Assembly (NCBI GenBank): GCA_051874695.1
Contig: JBJEGC010000015.1
Location: 119,800-183,799, forward strand
Length of the DNA: 64,000 nucleotides
Reading direction: 5' to 3'
Origin: Candidatus Bruticola sp.
GTDB lineage: Bacteria; Vulcanimicrobiota; Xenobia; Xenobiales; Xenobiaceae
Each line of letters opens with the position of its first letter. Position 1 is the first letter of the stretch. Shown here piece by piece: positions 58,632 through 64,000 of this stretch. The notes beneath the pieces were generated by a model. That model worked only from the letters and a program-made list of their open reading frames with translations, did no database searches and was not told where the DNA came from. The position numbers and the translations under genes were made by a program.

Positions 58632-60338
58632 ATGGCCACCGGTATCCAGACGGGCATGCGGACAGGTAGTGGTCCGTTAGCTACAGGAAGAGGTCCCCTG
58701 GGCAAACCGCCGGGTGGAGCCAATAACGGTAGTCCTTTGGGCAAGCTCGGCGCAGTATGGACGAGCATGAACCCGAAGGTGAGGATTGCGATCGTCTGCG
58801 TTATAGTTCTAATGGTAGTAGGAATGGTCGGACTGAACGTTTACAGTTCTGCCAATCAACCTGTAGAACTTTATGCAACTAAACTCAGTGAAGACGACGT
58901 CAAAGACGTCTCCATGAAACTGCAAGAGTGGAACATTCCCCACCAGGTAGCTCAAACTAACGATAACCTCTTGGTCTCACCTAAAGATAAGGTTAGAGCT
59001 CAGGCTCAATTAGCTTCCCACGGCCTTCCCCGTCATGCAGTAATGACAGCCGCCACGAAGCCGGATTCAAGCGGCATTAATACAATGTCCGAAAAAGAAA
59101 AGGACGACATTCGCAAACAAGTTCTCGAAGGAGAACTTACCGAATCCATGCGCCAAATGGATGGAGTTGCCGATGCTTATGTAAAGCTTGGTCTTCCTGA
59201 GCGTACTTTGTTCGACAACGGACAAGAAGGTGCCAAGGCTGCCGTTATGCTTAAACTTAAGCCTGGTGCTCAGCTCAGCCGCGATCAAATCACTGGCATT
59301 GTCAACTTAGTAGCCTATTCCGTACCGGATTTAAAAGCAGAGAACGTCAAAATTGTTGACACAAACGGCCGTGACCTCACTGCGAACCTTCCTATTAATG
59401 GCAACAATTTCGGCATGGCTCCCAGCAGTCAGCTTGAGTACAAACTGGCTCTGGAGAAGCACCTGAAAGACAAAGTAGAGCAGCAGCTGGCTACTGTGCT
59501 CGGAGCTCAGAAATTTGCTGCTCAGGTAACAGCTGAAGTAGATTTTTCTCAGAACGAAGTTCAGCGTGAAGTTGTCGGCGGTCCCGATGACAGCGGTAAG
59601 GTTAAAGTCGGCGGTCAAAAACGCGTCGAGCAGTATAACAAAGACGGCAACGGCTCTTCGTCCAGTAACGATGACGACGGTGCCGTACAGATGGATACTA
59701 GCAGTACTGAAAAGAAGAAGGGCACTTACGTAAAGACCGAAGAATCCGAAAAGTACGAAGTAAACAAAACCATCTCCAAAAATGTAGATACTTCTCCCCG
59801 CATTCAGCGCTTGACAGTGTCCGTTGCGGTAGATAATTTGAAACCAGATCAGGAAGCTGCTATCGCCGGCTTGGTGAAAGACGCTATCGGCATCAACGAA
59901 AGCCGCGGCGACTCTGTAACCGTGAAGAGCGTACCTTTCGCTACAGCAACTCTCGACGGAGTTTACAGCGAAATGGCAGCTGGCATGGCCTCAGGTAACA
60001 CCCCTGTCGCTCCTCCCAGCAGCGGTATCAGCACTTCTACCTTAGCAGCTATTGCTTTCATCCCTGCTGTTCTGCTTATGGCCTTGGTAGCTGTTTACGT
60101 TTCTCGCCAGCGTCAAGTGAAAGCTAGCCAGTCCCAGCTCATTCTCGGTGCTTCTACTGGCGGAGCCAGTTCTGATATAGCTGACCTGCTCAATGAAAAG
60201 TCGGGCAAATCTAAAGCGATGGGTGAAACCAGAGTAAACACTTCCGATCAGCTTGAGCGTCTCGCCAAAGAGCGCCCCAACAAGTTAGCTGAAATGATCA
60301 AGAACACCTGGCTCAGCGATCAACAGCAGCAAAGATAG
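58632..60338 (+). CDS. fliF: Flagellar MS-ring protein FliF with a Gly/Pro-rich N-terminal extension
   Basis: 568 aa. TM1 VRIAIVCVIVLMVVGMV, LSEDDVKDVSMKLQEWNIPHQV, TM2 near the C-terminus, C-terminal FliG-binding tail. SD aggagaa present. Confidence 0.85.
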   Translation: MATGIQTGMRTGSGPLATGRGPLGKPPGGANNGSPLGKLGAVWTSMNPKVRIAIVCVIVLMVVGMVGLNVYSSANQPVELYATKLSEDDVKDVSMKLQEWNIPHQVAQTNDNLLVSPKDKVRAQAQLASHGLPRHAVMTAATKPDSSGINTMSEKEKDDIRKQVLEGELTESMRQMDGVADAYVKLGLPERTLFDNGQEGAKAAVMLKLKPGAQLSRDQITGIVNLVAYSVPDLKAENVKIVDTNGRDLTANLPINGNNFGMAPSSQLEYKLALEKHLKDKVEQQLATVLGAQKFAAQVTAEVDFSQNEVQREVVGGPDDSGKVKVGGQKRVEQYNKDGNGSSSSNDDDGAVQMDTSSTEKKKGTYVKTEESEKYEVNKTISKNVDTSPRIQRLTVSVAVDNLKPDQEAAIAGLVKDAIGINESRGDSVTVKSVPFATATLDGVYSEMAAGMASGNTPVAPPSSGISTSTLAAIAFIPAVLLMALVAVYVSRQRQVKASQSQLILGASTGGASSDIADLLNEKSGKSKAMGETRVNTSDQLERLAKERPNKLAEMIKNTWLSDQQQQR

Positions 60339-60571
60339 CAAAAAAAATCGGATAGAGCACCCCAAGGTGCAAAGTGCAAGGGTGCGCCTCGGGGCTTAGC
60401 TAAGCCCCGAGGCGCATTTTTCGCTTCTCCCCCTGAGTTTATTAAAGCTTGTGAATTGTTTAAGCAGAATGCTTAGCAAGATATAATTACCGGCAGTCGA
60501 ACAACAGCCCCATACCTTTCTCTGCTGCACACCTGCAGCTGACGAACCACTTTATAAATTATGCCGAGGAG

Positions 60572-61579
60572 TTGCGGTCAATGTCTGTAAATTTGCCACC
60601 TAAACAGAAGACAGCAATATTATTGATGTCCCTCCCGCCTGAGGCTTCAGCGGAGATTTTCAAAGAACTTGGCCCCGAAGAAGTTCAGGCCATTACTACC
60701 GAAATTTCTAAATTGCCTCAAATCTCGCCTGAGACACGAGCTCAAGTTATCCAAGAGTTCTTAAATCAGGATGGCGGCGGCGATGCTCCTCGGCCTTTTG
60801 CCGGCTTGGGCCAGCTTGGCCACTCTATGGGCGGCCCCAGCAGTTTGGGAGGCCCTCCTCCGATGGGCAGCTTTACACAAACAGCTGCTATGTCAACATC
60901 CTCAAGCAATCGCCCCCTTGATTTCCTGCGCCGCGTCGATCCTCGCCAACTGCTCCAACTAATACGCAAAGAGCATCCTCAGACTATCGCAGTTATCCTT
61001 TCTTACCTACAGCCTAGCCAAGCTTCGGCCGTTCTTAGCGACTTACAGCCCCAAACACAGACAGAAGTGGCCAAACGACTGGCAGAGCTTCATCCTGTCA
61101 ACGCAGAAATTCTGACAGAACTGGAAAAAGTATTGGAGTCTCGCCTGCATCAGGCTTTAGAAGAAGGCTCTTACTCTCATGCAGATGGCAAAGAAGCCCT
61201 TCTAGAAATCCTCAATCAAGCTGACCGTGGCACAGAAGAAAGAGTTCTCAGCGGTTTAGCGACTAGAAGTCCTCAGCTAGTCAACAATTTAAAGACAAAA
61301 TTATGCGACTTTGAAGATTTAAACAACGTAGACGATCCTTCGCTTGAACAAGTATTGCGGTTGACTGACTTCCGCGATCTGGTTTTAGCCCTTAAGGGGG
61401 CCGATGAAAATCTGTCTAAGAGAGTGTACCGCTTCTTATCTCCCGATGTAGCCCGAGCCTTACGAGACGACGTCGAAAGTTTAGTGCAAGTTTCCTGGGA
61501 TGAAATAAAGCAAGCTCAGCAGCGCATCCGTAACATTTTGCGCGGTTTGGTCACTTTAGGAAAGATAAAATTCAGATAA
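60572..61579 (+). CDS. fliG: Flagellar motor switch protein FliG (with a Gly/Pro-rich insert between the N-terminal and middle domains)
   Basis: KQKTAILLMSLPPEASAEIFKELGPEEVQ, EHPQTIAVILSYLQP, C-terminal torque helix region. Confidence 0.9.
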   Translation: MRSMSVNLPPKQKTAILLMSLPPEASAEIFKELGPEEVQAITTEISKLPQISPETRAQVIQEFLNQDGGGDAPRPFAGLGQLGHSMGGPSSLGGPPPMGSFTQTAAMSTSSSNRPLDFLRRVDPRQLLQLIRKEHPQTIAVILSYLQPSQASAVLSDLQPQTQTEVAKRLAELHPVNAEILTELEKVLESRLHQALEEGSYSHADGKEALLEILNQADRGTEERVLSGLATRSPQLVNNLKTKLCDFEDLNNVDDPSLEQVLRLTDFRDLVLALKGADENLSKRVYRFLSPDVARALRDDVESLVQVSWDEIKQAQQRIRNILRGLVTLGKIKFR

Positions 61580-61603
61580 ATATCTAAATTACAAGCAAAG
61601 TAG

Positions 61604-62698
61604 GTGAGCACACTGGCTCTTTTCAAGGGAAATAACAACGGCATGTCCGGTTCCGACGGCCCCCCCAAGCGTTCAGCTCTGCTGAAACAGCGTCCTGCGG
61701 GTATAACCTCAGGTGCGCCCGGCGGCGATCTCAGCGATTTCGTACCTACAAACTTTGGAGCGACCAAAGTTTCCTCCGATGGAGGACGCATATTTAGAGG
61801 GCGAAGCGCTGCTTATGACGATCCTCCTCAACCAAACGGAGACGGAGAGTTTCATCCTCATACCGGGCGTCCTCCAGCAGCTTCTGCTTCAGGAAAAGTT
61901 TTTGGTGGCAGGCGGGCAGATCATTCCGATTATAAACTGCCTCCCATATCTTCCCATTCAGTGAGCGTACCTACAGGAGATCCTCCTCCTCCGGGCGCCC
62001 CTCTACCTCCCCCTCCTCCACCGGTAGATAAAGAGATCATCGCCAAGGCCGAAGCTAAAGCCAAAGAGATAATTGCTCAGGCTCAAAATCAGATTCAGCA
62101 GATGATCAACCAGGCCAACGAACAGATTCAGCAGTTCAATGAACAAGCTGCCGCCGATGCCGAACATGCCAGACAAGCAGCTTTCCAACAGGGCACTTTA
62201 CAAGGTATCGAGGAAGGCCGACGTCTAGCTCACCGTGAGTACGTCGATTTAATGCTTATGGCCCGCGATCTTTACGTTCAGGCTATTAAAGAGCGGCGCA
62301 AGCTCATAGAAAATACCGAACCGGCTTTAGCTAAACTGTCCATAAGTATTGCCGAAAAGATCATAGGTCTAGAAGTAAGCACCAATAACGACGTCATTAT
62401 GGGCGTAGTTAAAGAGGCCCTGGGAGACATGAAAGATCGCGAAGAAGTTCGCATCCGTGTAAATCCCGACGACTACCACATTGTAAATAATGATCGTTCA
62501 TCTCTGATGCGCATGGTTGAAGGACTGAAAGATTTCGATCTCTCTATCGATTCCAAAGTCACTCGCGGAGGGTGCGTCATTGAAACGAACTTAGGCAACA
62601 TCGATGCTCGTTTAGAAACACAGCTCGGTGCCATTACAACAGCTTTTGACAGAAGCGGCAAAGGAGAGGACATAGACGATGGCGCAAATGCCAGCTAG
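61604..62698 (+). CDS. fliH: Flagellar export ATPase regulator FliH with an approximately 190-aa Pro/Gly-rich N-terminal extension
   Basis: The C-terminal 170 aa ([13 protein letters not shown]...[15 protein letters not shown]...[11 protein letters not shown]...[20 protein letters not shown]) matches FliH. The start codon is uncertain (GTG at 61604). Confidence 0.7.
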   Translation: MSTLALFKGNNNGMSGSDGPPKRSALLKQRPAGITSGAPGGDLSDFVPTNFGATKVSSDGGRIFRGRSAAYDDPPQPNGDGEFHPHTGRPPAASASGKVFGGRRADHSDYKLPPISSHSVSVPTGDPPPPGAPLPPPPPPVDKEIIAKAEAKAKEIIAQAQNQIQQMINQANEQIQQFNEQAAADAEHARQAAFQQGTLQGIEEGRRLAHREYVDLMLMARDLYVQAIKERRKLIENTEPALAKLSISIAEKIIGLEVSTNNDVIMGVVKEALGDMKDREEVRIRVNPDDYHIVNNDRSSLMRMVEGLKDFDLSIDSKVTRGGCVIETNLGNIDARLETQLGAITTAFDRSGKGEDIDDGANAS

Positions 62699-64000
62699 AA
62701 CGTCTGCCAGATCAGCGGCTGCTCGTCCGGCTTCAGTTCCTAAAACAAACTTTACGGCTCCGCGCCACGGAGACGGCAAAACGGCCCCTGCTCCGCCGCC
62801 TCCGCCTCAGGCTCCCCCTCAGCCTACACCACCTGCTCCGCCTGTCTCCAAACCGGCCGACGACGGCTTGGCTGCTAAAGAAGAGGCTCTAGCCCAGCCT
62901 CTTCCTGCAGCCGATCCTCTGCCTAACATTACTTTTCCGGCTTACTACTTATCGCTGAGCCGCTGTAAGCCCATCCGCATGCACGGACGAGTCAGTCAGG
63001 TTATAGGTCTTACCATCGAATCCGAAGGGCCGGCGGTAAAAATGGGCGAGCTTTGCTATATCTATGAACGTGAAGGTTCCAAGCCGATCCGTTCTGAGGT
63101 AGTAGGTTTTAAAGGCAGCAAAGTTATGCTTATGCCCTTGGGCGAATTAGGAGGTATCAGCCCCGGATGTGAAGTCCGGGCCACAGGCAAGCCACTCTCT
63201 GTAAAGGTAGGGCCTAAACTTTTAGGACGCGTTCTCGACGGTCTGGGCAACCCTATCGACGGTCTGGGGCCGCTGGAGTACGAAACAGAGTACTCCATTT
63301 ACAATGAGCCCCCAAATCCCATCACCCGACCGCGTATCAAAAGGGCTCTCCCCATGGGAGTGCGTGTACTCGACTCAACATTAACTTTGGGCGCCGGCCA
63401 GCGTGTCGGTATCTTCGCTGGTTCCGGTGTAGGAAAATCGACTACTCTTTCCATGATAGCCCGAAATACGGCGGCTCAAGTAAACGTTTTAGCCCTCATC
63501 GGAGAACGCGGACGTGAGCTTCGCGACTTTATTGAACGCGACTTAGGACCTGAAGGCATGAAGCGTTCCGTGGTAGTTGTAGCTACTTCCGACCAACCAG
63601 CTTTGGTTCGTTTAAAAGGAGCATATACCGGCACAGCTTTAGCCGAATACTTCCGCGATCAAGGCAACGACGTCATGCTCATGATGGACTCCGTAACGCG
63701 TTTTGCTATGGCCCAGCGTGAAGTAGGTTTGGCAGTAGGCGAACCGCCGGCCACAAAAGGATACACTCCTTCCTGCTTCGCTTTGCTGCCTAAGCTTATG
63801 GAACGTGCCGGTACCTCCCCTCACGGTTCCATAACCGGCATCTATACCGTATTGGTAGAAGGCGACGACATGAACGAGCCTATTGCCGACACCGTGCGAG
63901 GCATTCTCGACGGCCACATAGTGCTCAATCGTAAAATTGCCCACAAAAACCGTTATCCCGCCGTCGACGTCCTGCAATCTGTATCCCGTCTGTTTACCGA
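62679..64000 (+). CDS. fliI: Flagellum-specific ATP synthase FliI, 3' truncated by the window end; not in the ORF track
   Basis: ATG at 62679 with SD aaggagagga 8 nt upstream, overlapping the fliH stop. After an approximately 95-aa Pro-rich N-terminal extension: [24 protein letters not shown] (Walker A), [27 protein letters not shown] (Walker B), [13 protein letters not shown]. Confidence 0.9.
   Translation, partial: MAQMPARTSARSAAARPASVPKTNFTAPRHGDGKTAPAPPPPPQAPPQPTPPAPPVSKPADDGLAAKEEALAQPLPAADPLPNITFPAYYLSLSRCKPIRMHGRVSQVIGLTIESEGPAVKMGELCYIYEREGSKPIRSEVVGFKGSKVMLMPLGELGGISPGCEVRATGKPLSVKVGPKLLGRVLDGLGNPIDGLGPLEYETEYSIYNEPPNPITRPRIKRALPMGVRVLDSTLTLGAGQRVGIFAGSGVGKSTTLSMIARNTAAQVNVLALIGERGRELRDFIERDLGPEGMKRSVVVVATSDQPALVRLKGAYTGTALAEYFRDQGNDVMLMMDSVTRFAMAQREVGLAVGEPPATKGYTPSCFALLPKLMERAGTSPHGSITGIYTVLVEGDDMNEPIADTVRGILDGHIVLNRKIAHKNRYPAVDVLQSVSRLFT

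Noticed and set aside
63639-63977. 112-aa minus-strand ORF
   Set aside because: It lies antisense within the highly conserved FliI ATPase core. It is spurious.

Overview
Bacterial chromosomal window, about 50% GC in coding sequence with AT-rich intergenic islands. Genes are densely packed on both strands. Left arm: miaA (5' end only), an RluA-family pseudouridine synthase, two tandem secreted DUF3300-like proteins with highly repetitive low-complexity tails, a PBP4/DacB-type peptidase, a minus-strand operon (SIS-domain protein, a membrane protein, XdhC-like), a SpoIID/LytB protein, a predicted pseudokinase fused to an FGE/SUMF1 domain, and efp. Centre: a minus-strand tRNA operon (Pro-Arg-His-Lys) with a near-consensus sigma70 promoter and an intrinsic terminator, next to an IS3 OrfA-like HTH gene. 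It is followed by AT-rich DNA carrying two paralogous Big_2-like lipoprotein genes, each interrupted by a single in-frame TAA at a different site; an intact third paralog lies at 43.2 kb. Then RapA, an OPT transporter, an M48 peptidase, and a BtuFCD-like ABC importer with a possible cobalamin-riboswitch leader. Next come a class III aminotransferase, an operon of three poorly characterised enzymes behind a structured 310-nt leader, greA, lysS, two tandem PAP2_C/sphingomyelin-synthase-like membrane proteins, a TPR protein, a B12-binding radical SAM enzyme, and a tight minus-strand operon ending in recQ. Right arm: divergent paralogous GT-C-like polytopic membrane proteins, then the flagellar operon flgB-flgC-fliE-fliF-fliG-fliH-fliI (fliI runs off the window) with Pro/Gly-rich N-terminal extensions. 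No rRNA, CRISPR array or intact mobile element was seen. All calls rest on reading motifs by eye, without database searches.
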